DNA from: Bilabrum cf. latius
Lineage: Eukaryota
DNA length: 64,000 nt
NCBI GenBank assembly: GCA_965178125.1
Contig: OZ237776.1
Coordinates: 248,001-312,000 of the forward strand
Direction: 5' to 3'
The notes beneath the pieces are model-generated. The model was not told the origin of the DNA. It did no database searches and worked only from the letters and a program-made list of their open reading frames with translations. Shown here in pieces: positions 1-10,386 of this stretch (position 1 is its first letter; each line of letters opens with the position of its first letter). Position numbers and translations under genes: made by a program.

Positions 1-60
1 TGGTTTCCCATTAAGACGCAATTTGGTTCTTTGGGGTTCCATAAAATCGATTTCGGGCAT
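1..60 (-). CDS. 5' end of a further element gene (partial, MPEIDFMEPQRTKLRLNGKP...)
   Basis: ATG at 60-58 with frame open to the window edge; preceded by the same 32-bp motif found upstream of the helicase. Confidence 0.55.
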   Translation of the reverse strand, partial: MPEIDFMEPQRTKLRLNGKP

Positions 61-79
61 TCTATAGTATCTAATATAT

Positions 80-111
80 TATAGAATACGATAATTATTC
101 TTAAGGTACGA
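80..111 (-). promoter_or_regulatory. Conserved intergenic motif, copy 1 (putative element promoter with TCTA core)
   Basis: Plus-strand TATAGAATACGATAATTATTCTTAAGGTACGA, 29/32 identical to 1791-1822; lies between the helicase stop and the next ATG. Confidence 0.65.
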
Positions 112-117
112 ACTCAC

Positions 118-1776
118 TCACTTCTCAATTTTACAGAGGAATTTGGAAAGTTTTCCTTTTTTGCTTGGAGGGTTTTCTTTTATCCATTTTTGAATAGCGA
201 TGCTATTCTCAACACTCAGTTGTTTCTGGATTTTCTTATGGACTTTTTCCGTCGGTGTAATCTCCTTTTCCAATTCCATCTATTCAATCGTTTCCTACTG
301 CTATGCGACTTGTTTCTGTAGTTCTCTAATCTATTCTCGAAGAACATCCACCTCGGATTTTGCTTTTTCCATCTCAGCAGAATGACGAAGTGCCTAAAAC
401 TTAGATTGGAAGCCTTTTAGTAAGTCTGCGTGTTTCACATTAAATTCTTGTTTTCTCTATTTGTTCATCGTTGAATGAACACCCACCTCTGACAATAGTG
501 TTTTAATCATAGGTGTACCAAGGTTCTTCACTCTACCGTTCAGTTCCTACTTTAGATAATTGCGGAATTCCAAGACTGTCATTTTAAAATCTCTGCCTTC
601 GTCCAGCCACTCTTCTTTTAGAATTTTTAAAACCGGATGTGCGCCATCAAGAATTCCTTTGTAAAAATTCTTTGATTTTGGTGCGAATTGTCCTGTAAAG
701 TCTGGTGATTTATCATAGATTTCAACCAATAACATATAAAATGCCTTAGCCACTTCTGGATTTTCTGTAAAACGTTTTAGTGTTGTAAAGTATTCTTTGT
801 CTCCTTTCTTTGATGTATTCACATCCAAAACACAATATCTACGGATTTCCTCGGTGATTTTGATTGGACTATCATTCGTATCAATAATTAGATTGAATGT
901 ATTCGGACGACTTTCGGATTTGACAAACTTCTCATTACAGGAAAAGTGTTTTTCCGTAATAAGATTTCTTAGTGTTGCCTACATGGCGTCCCAAATAGTT
1001 GGCGAGGCTTTTGGAATTTCATTAAAATTGACTAATAGTTTCCCGTCCAGAATTGAGTTGAAGGCGTCGGGTTGAAGCATCTTGTGTGTAAGCGTCTATA
1101 GTGTAAGGGTATATCCGAGTAGTTTTCTCATAAGGAAGGTAATAATCATCGATTTACCAGTTCCTTGTGGAGATTTCAAATATAGTGCTGTTCCCAACTT
1201 CTTTCCGCCCACAATAACGTGAGCCAACCATTTCATCACAAAATCACACTATTCTTTGTCTTCTGAAGTCCACACCTTCTGGATATGTTCATAAATCATA
1301 GTCGCGCCTGCTTTTGCGTCTTCGGATAAATCCTCTATGTTTCCACAGTTTTCCCGTGTAAGTATAGGTGAACCCATAACGTTAATTGTTTGATTGTCGT
1401 AATCCACGGTAGGTGAATTAAATTTTCTTACAATCGTAAATACGTCGGTATTCTCATTTAAGAACCAGTCTCGTGCTGACCAAGTCTTTACTCTTTTGTT
1501 GCCCACAATCGCGTAAATACAGTGTCCCCCAATCAGGTAATTTTCAGTAATATTTTTATTCGTAAGGAACTACCAGACTGGTTTCTGGGGTTCGTCATCA
1601 CTTATGTTATTCCGATTTAATTCAGATGCTATTAGAAAATACACCCCGCCACCTTGCTCGTGGGTGCGGTAGAAGTATTGTCTAAGGTATTGAATACATT
1701 CCTCTTGTTTTCCGGCATTACATAGGTCCATAAGGCTTTTTGACGAATACGCTTTAGTCGGCAGAGTGAATGACAT
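118..1776 (-). CDS. Superfamily 3 (D5-like) helicase with C-terminal coiled coil, ~552 aa with TAG=Gln
   Basis: One frame from ATG 1776 to TGA 118 with 11 in-frame TAG and no TAA/TGA. Walker A SPQGTGKS, Walker B KLLVNFNE, motif C NLIIDTN, then RRYCVLDV and GDKEYF. The tail reads EQIRELQKQVAQQQETIEQMELEK. Confidence 0.88.
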
Positions 1777-1790
1777 TTTTGTTGTTGTAC

Positions 1791-1822
1791 TATAGAATAC
1801 GAAAATAATCCTTAAGGTACGA
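1791..1822 (-). promoter_or_regulatory. Conserved intergenic motif, copy 2 (putative element promoter with TCTA core)
   Basis: Plus-strand TATAGAATACGAAAATAATCCTTAAGGTACGA; the minus-strand TCTA lies ~16 nt upstream of the helicase ATG. Confidence 0.65.
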
Positions 1823-1833
1823 TACGGGGCATC

Positions 1834-2889
1834 TCAATTTTCTATATCCCACTCCAAAATTAAATTAGGAGCAATTTCTTGGATTTTATTCTTTGGTTCC
1901 CACGTCCAATGTTCTGGTTCTGGAAAATCTTTCCATTCGATTTGATACTCTGTTTCGTTCTCGGATTTTATCTTTTTTGGGAGAAAGATTGTCTGAGCAT
2001 CTCGGTTATTGTCCTCATTATCAAAGTCGATAATCTGTAATTCCTCTTTTGTATAAGCCACTAAATCGTCCTAATCCACAACATATAAAGGTGGTTGTTC
2101 GGGTCTTAATAACACTTTAGTAACCGTTTTGATTTCTGGATTATAGCGTAAATCGGAAGCACGAAAATTTCCGGATAATTTTTGCTGTAAATTTGTAGCC
2201 TTTCTGGGTTCTTCTAATGGTATACGAACTCTTGTACCCTCTTCCAATATATTACAAGCGTCCCCTTTACACTACGTAAAGTCGAAGTGTTCTGGGGGTA
2301 AAGGTGGTTCTTCTATATACTTTTCCAGTTGATATTCATTATAGTTTTCAATGATGTTTGGAAGCATATCCACCCATTCTACGCTTTCATTACCTGTATT
2401 TAACTCATTAACGTTCTATAGGGTAAATATGGCTTTTCCCAACGTTTTATTTAGGTTTTCCACTAATGCCTGTTGTCGGTGGCGACCTGCTTTATTTCTT
2501 CGTACAAATACATCGGTCTCTTCTAAATATCTTTGTAAAGCGTTAAATTCTTTTCCATTATCTATTTCCAAACGGTGCTGCGGTTTCTGGACATTACCAC
2601 GATTGAAAATCTTTTTTGATGCCTTTAATACTTCGTTCTAACGCTTGGTTTTGAGCGGTTCAGCATCGGCCTACTTTGTATGTAAATCAATAGCAGTTAA
2701 TGCGTATTTATAATTATTGTCGTGGGGTAATGATAATAAATCCATTTGTACCACTTGGTGAGGTTCTGGTACATTTACGTGGGGTCGATTTACTCCTTTG
2801 GGTCGTTTTGGTCGTTTCATTAAATTTACAATACGACTGTTGGGATAAATGTTTAGGGATTGTAATATTCTTTCAAAGGCGCTACTCAT
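1834..2889 (-). CDS. Retroviral-type (rve, DDE) integrase with C-terminal chromodomain, ~351 aa with TAG=Gln
   Basis: ATG 2889 to TGA 1834 with 5 in-frame TAG. Catalytic triad in QMDLL, LEIDNGKEF and GRHRQQALVENLNK. Chromodomain-like EYQIEWKDFPEPEHWTWEP at the C-terminus. Confidence 0.9.
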
Positions 2890-3022
2890 TTGCTATATAG
2901 TTCTTTAATAGAGGTATGCTTTTCCTTGCTTAATTTTAATATTTCTTTGTATCCTATATTGTCAAAATTTTTCAATCAATTTTTGTGTTTTTAATTGGAA
3001 AACAATTATAATTTGTTTTTTA

Positions 3023-3368
3023 TTTTCCTTTTAATTTTTATGGTGGCATCATAGGAATTACAACATTTAATTTTAATCTTTGAAAAAGATATCAAAAGAG
3101 CGGAGGGCAAAGCCCGAGCATCTTGGGAACTTAATTTATTTTTTCTAAGTCTCTTATAATTGACCTGTAAAATTGACAAGTTTTTTGGGGACTTTTCGAA
3201 AGGGACTTAAAATACGTTTTCGTTTTCCTTTTAATTTTTATGGTGGCATCATTGGAATTATAACATTTAATTTTAATTGGAAAATATATTTATTCTTTCT
3301 AAGTCTCTTATAATTGACCTGTCAAATCTCTCAATTTTTGGGGGACTTTTCCAAAGGGACTTAAAATA
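3023..3368. repeat. Imperfect direct repeat pair (~3023-3215 and ~3223-3368) in the element terminal region
   Basis: Both copies start TTTTCCTTTTAATTTTTATGGTGGCATCAT and end GGGGACTTTTC(G/C)AAAGGGACTTAAAATAC. Copy 1 has an extra segment with a GGGC-AAA-GCCC hairpin. Confidence 0.85.
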
Positions 3369-3452
3369 CAATTATAATTTGTTTTCGTTTTCCTTATAAT
3401 GTATCATCTCTTGGGTAATCGGTTTGGTTGCTTCGGAGAACAATTTAGTCGC

Positions 3453-3522
3453 TTGGGAAATCCTTGGGAAATCCTTGGGAAATCCTTGGGAAATCCTTGG
3501 GAAATCCTTGGGAAATCCTTGG
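3453..3522. repeat. 11-bp tandem repeat (TTGGGAAATCC) x6
   Basis: Perfect tandem copies read directly; followed by a 12-bp TCGGTTCATCGG duplication. Confidence 0.95.
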
Positions 3523-3972
3523 TCGGTTCATCGGTCGGTTCATCGGTTTGTCGCTTGGTGTAACTACCTTGTTCTCTTGATAAAATACCTTGTTCTCTTG
3601 GGAAAATCCTCGGTTGGTCTCTTGGTCTCTTGGGAATTCATCCTTTCGTTCCTACAGCAAACACAGAGAGGTTTTTGACACTTGGTTAATTTCTTCATTT
3701 TTTCCTACTTTACTAAAACATCTCTGTCTTTGCTGTTAGAGTTTATAAGGGGGATAAAGATTAGAATTCTTCAATTTACCCCTACTTCGTAGGAGTAAAT
3801 TTTATATCTGAAAATGGGTACATAGAGGGGTTCTATAGGGGTTCTTGGGGAACCCCTTGGGAAATCATCTAGGTTTATAGGGAAAACACTTGAGTTGCTA
3901 AATATGCCTTTAAAGGAGGGGCGAGCGTAGCGTAGCCCTCGTCCTCAACGCTTGGTGTACCTACCACCACCT

Positions 3973-6750
3973 GTTGTCCCCCCCGTTGGCGATCGCCCAA
4001 CAGTCGATAACGGTGGGTCAACCTGCAGAAACCACTACGTGCTCCTGTCTCTCATGGCAAGAATGCAGCACGCCTAGGCTGCCGCAGTGGCTAAGAAATA
4101 GCCAAGAAGATCTGTGGGTGATGACAATGACGCAGCGAGCAGTCCTACCATGCCTGGTAGCAGTGCGCCCAACTCAAGCACAAACGACATAAAGCATGCA
4201 TTCCCTAGCATCCGGGCAGAAGAGGACGCAGCGAGCATATGGCATGCGAGGATTCGGAGGCCGAACGAGCTGACCGTGCCTGAGCTTACAGTGCTGCTGG
4301 TGCTGGCTGCAAGCACAATGTACCCGCTCGCCTTCCACGGAACCAGGTATATGGGGCTTCGTCAGGACACGGCAGAGTACATGTTCATCGTGTGCGACAT
4401 CACCGTGCTGCTCCTGCGATACGTGCTCATGGGTGTAGTCGTCGTGTACGACGGCGCTGCGTTGTCAAGGCTTGCGGGAGAGGCGGAGGCGTGGAAGCGA
4501 GAAGCCGCCGATGCCCGCCTCAGCACCATCCAACAGTTCACCAGGTACATCTTCCACGAGGCCCGGGTGCCACTTCAGGCGGTGTCACTGTCGGCGCAGG
4601 AGCTGCAGGAAAGCCTCAAGAAGATTCAGTACAAGGCTGCAAGATTGCAACGCATGAGCAGCCGAACCCGAACCAATCCCTAGCTGCTGAATCGAGCCAA
4701 ACACGGGGCAAACGTAGATCAGCCCGTAGGTGCGTATCATGTGCCAATGTCCAGTGAGGATACCACCCATCAGAGGTTTCTAGGGTCTTCAACGGATGAA
4801 CCGCAGCCTTTTGTGGATCCCACAGCCATAGAAAGGGACGGAGTACCGAGGCGCCGTGGCAAAGGCACCGGCCTCTTGCTCAACTGCAGCGCTCTCACTG
4901 AACGGGTGGATGATGCAACAGAAGTGATACAGCTGCAACAGGAAGGGTGCAAGGGACTGCAGTGCATCTTCGACGACGTGCTCGAGGCCCAGCGCATCGA
5001 GCAGGGCAGGCTCAGGCTAAGGGACGAGGTAGTAGACCTTCACGAACTACTACACTCTCTTGGCAACGATAATGAGCTTGACCAGCGTCCACGATTTGCT
5101 CCATCGGTCGAGCTACTGGTAGGAACGCCAAGATACATACGTTGTGACAGGGGTCGCCTTCTATGGGCACTGTCCTAGCTCACTGCAGCGGCTGGGGCCC
5201 CCAAGGACCGGGCATTGGCGGAAGCAATTTCGAGCCAGGACGCGGTACCACCGCGCGGTGCAAAGTGGTCCGCACCCGAATTGGAACCCAAATCGAGGAT
5301 CGCGGTGCTATGCACCTGCAATACTAGATAGGACCGAGATCCAGTCGATACGAGCGGAAGCCTGCAGATGCTGGGTGACGCTAGCCCTACAACCAGCAAG
5401 CAGAATCTCTATTCTCAGGCACAACTGGTAGTGGCAGGAAAACCCAGCCTGAAGGCTGCGATATCAATGTAGCACGCATCAACCAAAAAAGGTAGTACGA
5501 GTAAAGAGGGCTGTCGTATTGGCAAACGAAACATATCTGACGACACTCCGTGCCGGTTCACTATCGAGGTCACAGACACTGGATGTGGAATGGCACAAGA
5601 TGACATCAACCAGCTCTTCACGCCCTACAAGCAGACCAGACACGGAGTAGAGTACACGGGGTCTTCCTCCGGTCTGGGCCTGTACATCTCCCGCGGGATC
5701 GCTCGATAGATGGGGGGCGATCTGGTGGCATCGAGCGAGGGAGAGGGCAAGGGCAGCGTGTTCACGTTCGAGTTCGAGGCCAAGATCGCACAGGATTTCA
5801 CGAGCTCTGTCGGTGCCGTAACAGAAGCAAGTGGTAAAGTAATCGACAAGGGGTCTGTAGAAGGAACCAAGACTAGCCAAGAGGGCAGCCGTGGATCCCC
5901 AGTTCTAGCTGCACTGCAACCCACTGGCATTCACCGACATGCTGCAGGGTCAGCGTGCTCTGCCATGGAGCAACGGGTTGCGACTGCAGGCCTTTGCTTC
6001 GCCCAAAGTGCAGCTGGCCATTCAATTGATCAGCACGAAGGTACATCGGGCCGTAAAGACCCAGGTGCGTTACCCCGAGCACCAGGTCCTGGCTTGATTC
6101 ACGGGCCTCAGGAGGCTCGACCGGAGCATGGCAGTGCATCTGAGTCAGCCTCGCGCAGCTGTACCACGGCTGTGAGGGTAGTACCCCTTCCAGCAGTAAG
6201 TGGTGGACAGCCGAGTGAGGGTCGACTTCATACAAGTGCAACGAATGTCACGGAGACCCTAGGTATACCAACAGACAGGGCTGCTGTCGGTGCCGATGAT
6301 TCGGTACGTGAAGCCCGAAGAAGCGATGCAATCAATCCGGATCGCTCATTGCATGCATGCAAAGCTTGGTGTCTCATTGTGGACGACGTGCCCACCAACA
6401 GGAAACTGCTCGCCAGGGGCATGCGCAGGCTCGGATACACCGTGCACCAGGCCAAGGACGGGCAGAAGGCAGTTGAGGCGTGCCGGGCCCGGGCCATGGA
6501 GGCGGGGCCGGGGGTGGAGTGCCTGGGCCTGATCACGATGGACAAGTCGATGCCAGTGATGGACGGCGTGGAGGCGACGCGGTCGATCCGTGGAGAGTTC
6601 GGGTCTCGGTTTGTGATTGTGGGCCTGACTGGAGATGCTGCAGGCCCCGAAGCATATGAATTTGTGGCGGCAGGACTTGACGACGTGCTAGGCAAGCCGG
6701 CAAGTGCAGGGGATGTTGTACAGTGGTTGAATCGCTTCATAATGCCGTGA
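3973..6750 (+). CDS. Hybrid histidine kinase 1 (TM-HisKA-HATPase-receiver), 5'-truncated at the element junction
   Basis: Frame open from 3973 to TGA 6750 across TAG only. H-box YIFHEARVPL, G-boxes VTDTGCGM and SSGLGLYIS, receiver LIVDD...ITMDKSMPVMDG...GKP. Lacks the N-terminal TM block seen in the two paralogs. Confidence 0.85.
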
Positions 6751-6850
6751 AACCGGAAATACACGGAGCCGATGATCGCCGCCGGCGCCGCGGCGGCAGC
6801 CGCCGGCGATCGGAAATATACTCTCTCGGCGTTGAGCAGCCACGACTAGA

Positions 6851-9800
6851 ATGGCGGCTTGGGACGAATATTCTGTAGTCCAATTTTGCGTTATTATCAT
6901 GGCGATAATAGTAACTACCTTGTCGATCGCTGATGCAGCACAGTGTGACATTGGGGGGGCGTATGAGCGCCAAGCACCGATGTCGTGCAGCTCGGTGCCA
7001 ACCCGATATTTCGCAAAAGTCGTACGGCTCGGACTAACCTCGTTCGGTTTTGCTCTCGCAATACCGTGTGCCTTCAGTTTGATGCTTTGGACCGGGCAAA
7101 ACGTCAGGGTTCTCTTCGCAGCGTGCTTAGTTGGCAACGTATGTGTGAGGCATTCAACTGTCTTAACGCTAAGGTATTCCGCCACGTTTCCTTCCGTGTA
7201 CATACATGCAGTATAAGGTTATTGCTATCTTGCAGATTGGTGTGATTCTGACGAATCTTGCGAATGGATGGACCGGTTTTGAAGTAGTTGAGGGAAGACC
7301 GGTCGACAACCAGCGACAATACTTCGACGCGTCGCTCATTATGGCAATATTCATCGACGCTCAGATTGCGACTGGTATGCGAAAGAATAGAGTTGTAATT
7401 GGAGGCTCCGCCGCGTCTGTAATGGTACTCATTTCTGCTTCGATGCCCTGGATGCCGGAAGGGAGGTACACTGCTGTCCCAATGCAAGCTGCCATGCTTG
7501 CATTGATGGTTTTGAGCGGTGTATTCATCCTCGAAATAATTAAAGGGTCTGTTGATTACTTCGTAGAGGGTACGTTGTAGGCCGTGCTACGAGCATGCTG
7601 CCGAATTGTAGAGCCGGCTGACGACACGCAACAAAATTTCGCTCCAGATGCAGCGGAGCAAGCTGATCAAGACGGAGCAAGAAAGAAATCGGCGAGCAGA
7701 ACTACGAATTTGTATTTATTCGACGATGCGGCTGTCTCCAATCCGCCTCCTGGCCACCTCCGAATCTTGCTCGCGCCTACGAGCTTCTCGTCGTCCGCGC
7801 CCCGCTGGCAGGAGGACTAGAGATCGAGAGCAACTCACGCTCAGTAGAATGGAATGGGGCATAATAAATGTCATTTGCAGAAGATGAGGATGCCTTGGGA
7901 GTTCACAGTATCTGAGTGGGCGCTCCTGTCTGCCCTCGGTTGTAGCCTGCTCTATCCTGTGCAGTACTACGGCACGCGCTATTTCGGTATGTCTCTGGAA
8001 ACGGCGGATTTATGCTTGCTTGGCTTTGATGTGTGCCTCGTGACTGCCAGGCTGGTCTTGTCCGTCGGTATCGTGGTCAATGACGCCATCGCCGTCCGTC
8101 AAGAGGCAGCCGCAACTGCTTAGTGGAGGGAAGCAGCCTCCAAGGCCCGCCTTAGCACCATCCAGCAGTTCACCAGGTACATCTTCCACGAGGCCCGGGT
8201 GCCTCTTCAGGCGGTGTCGCTGTCGGTGCAGGAGCTGCAGCAGTCTTTCGACCGTCTTGATGCAAGGGCGTCTGGCATCCGGGAGCAGCTGCAGCGTGCC
8301 TCGTCCACAATGAGCCGGCTTGAAAAAAACATACCCGAGTTATCTCCTGAAGACCGGGCAGACCAGCTACTAGCTCAAAGGACCCGCATGATTCTGGAGT
8401 CAGGTAGCCAGGAGAGGGCACTGACGCAGGAGGAAGGGCTAGGGTCGGACGGACCCGTGCTGGTCGACTCACCGGCTATGCACGTGCGCGGGAGGCTGTG
8501 GGATCGACCATACATGACAGATGGGTCTGCATCTGGCGAGTTCGATACCGGTGAAATACAACCACTGCAAACTAATGGCCGGAACGCAGCGTTCTTCCGG
8601 CGCTTGCTGCAGCACCTGGAACCTATGCTTCGTAGCGTGGCTGACTCACGCGAGGTATTCGAGCAGCAGCAGGACGGCGCCAGTGGCCTCCAGATCATAT
8701 TCGATGACGTGCTCGAGGCCCAGCGTATCGAGCAGGGCAGGCTCAGGCTCCGAAATGACGCATTTGACGTACGTGCAGATGTAGTCAATCCGTGCATGGA
8801 GGAGGTCCAAACGGCGGCTGGCGAGAAATCAGTCACGCTGCAGACGGAGGGCCCAGAGAGCACTACTCCTCTGGTCGGCGACCCTGTCAGGGTGCAACAT
8901 GTGCTACGCAACCTCTTATCGAATGCATTGAGGTACACCTCGGCAGGTGGATCCGTCTGCGTGCTGACCCATATCGGTGGAGCTGGTGCCACATTTGAAA
9001 GGGGAAGCGGCTCTACCGCCATGATGGTCTCCTCCGAATCAGCTACTGGGCAGCATAACAACGCTGAAACAACCATGGACGTGGCCTCTACCGGAATGCC
9101 TCGCTTGTTTTTTTCTGAGTTGAATCCATCAAGCTCCGGTCGATCGTATGCTGCCAGTGACACAGGATGGTCCACTAGCCGAGGTAAAGCACTACACGGC
9201 AGGTCTGTATCGGTTGGTTCTGCGCCTGGCGCTCAAGACGCATCCGTTCGGATTCAAGTCACTGATACTGGGTGCGGCATCAGCCACGCGGCACTTGGCT
9301 TCATTTTCCGCCCCTATCAGGGGGCCAGGCACGGCGTAGAGCACACGGGGACATCGTCGGGGCTTAGCTTGTACATCTCGCGCGGGATTGCTCGTCAGAT
9401 GGGTGGTGATCTGCTGGCATCGAGTGATGGGGAGGGTAAGGGAAGCGTGTTCACGTTTTGGTTCAAGTGTACCCTAGACGTGTCCGGCCAGACGACCGTG
9501 AAACACTGGGAAGCATCCCCTCGCACAACCGCAGGCATTGGGCCTACGAAGACCAACATGTAGGCACACCACGCGATAGGCATGACACAACCCGATGGCT
9601 TGAGTCGTGGTTTGGTTCATTTAGGCGCCAAAGCTGCCGATGCCGCAAGTCTTAAGCCTGTAATGTACTCGGGACCCAATCCGGCGAAAGGAGAAAGCCG
9701 CGGCTCTGCGATTGATCGCGAGCTGTTTGCAACGACTAGACGTAGTCGGCGCCGAAGCACCGCAGCGCAGCTGGCGCCAACTAGCGCAGCCACGGGACGA

Positions 9801-10220
9801 AAACACAACTTCATTGAGCTGCGCGCCTGGTGCCTCATCGTGGATGACGTGCCCACCAACAGGAAACTGCTCGCCAGGGGCATGCGCAGGCTCGGATACA
9901 CCGTGCACCAGGCCAAGGACGGGCAGAAGGCAGTGGAGGCGTGCCGGGCCCGGGCCATGGAGGCGGGGCCGGGGTTGGAGTGCCTGGGCCTGATCACGAT
10001 GGACAAGTCGATGCCAGTGATGGACGGCGTGGAGGCGACGCGGTCGATCCGTGGAGAGTTCGGGTCTCGGTTTATGATGTTTGGCCTGACGGGGGATGCT
10101 GCAGGCCCTGAAGCCGATGAATTTATGGCGGCAGGACTTGATTGCGTGATAGGCAAACCTGCAGGTGCCAGTGATGTGCATGAGGCTCTTCTACAACTCG
10201 GCTAGCCAGGGTTGAAGTGA
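6851..10220 (+). CDS. Hybrid histidine kinase 2 (multi-TM sensor, HisKA, HATPase, receiver)
   Basis: Exon 6851-7138, predicted phase-0 intron 7139-7211 (GTATGT...TGCAG), then one frame across TAGs to TGA 10218-10220. N-box NLLSNALRYT; H-box, G-boxes and receiver intact. Confidence 0.85.
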
Positions 10221-10386
10221 AGGGTGCGTGCATGGGAGGTAGATAGCTAGATTCGCTGGCAGCGGATGAAAATACATCCGATGGCATAAAACAAATAGTT
10301 TTTGCTGACTAATTTCAGCCGAATCCTAATCCAGTGAGTACCGCACAGATCCACAAATAGCCCAGCCGGGATCCTGACTACCTGGT

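Larger units (their letters stand above)
1..3972 (-). mobile_element. Terminal part of an endogenous virophage / Polinton-like (Maverick-type) element, continuing off the left edge
   Basis: Sharp switch from AT-rich to GC-rich sequence near 3970. Intronless, tightly packed minus-strand genes for rve integrase and SF3 helicase, a pair known from mavirus-type virophages and Polinton-like viruses. About 1 kb of noncoding repeat-rich end finishing in ...CTACCACCACCT (5'-AGGTGGTGGTAG on the minus strand). No capsid or polymerase gene is visible in the window. Confidence 0.85.

Noticed and set aside
1834-2889. LTR retrotransposon (chromovirus) integrase
   Set aside because: Stand-alone ORF next to an SF3 helicase, with no RT, RNase H or gag in frame.
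3424-3678. 84-aa ORF with WEILGKSLGNP repeats; possible CRISPR or telomere array
   Set aside because: It is the translation of an 11-bp tandem repeat with no spacers, and it is internal to the element terminus.
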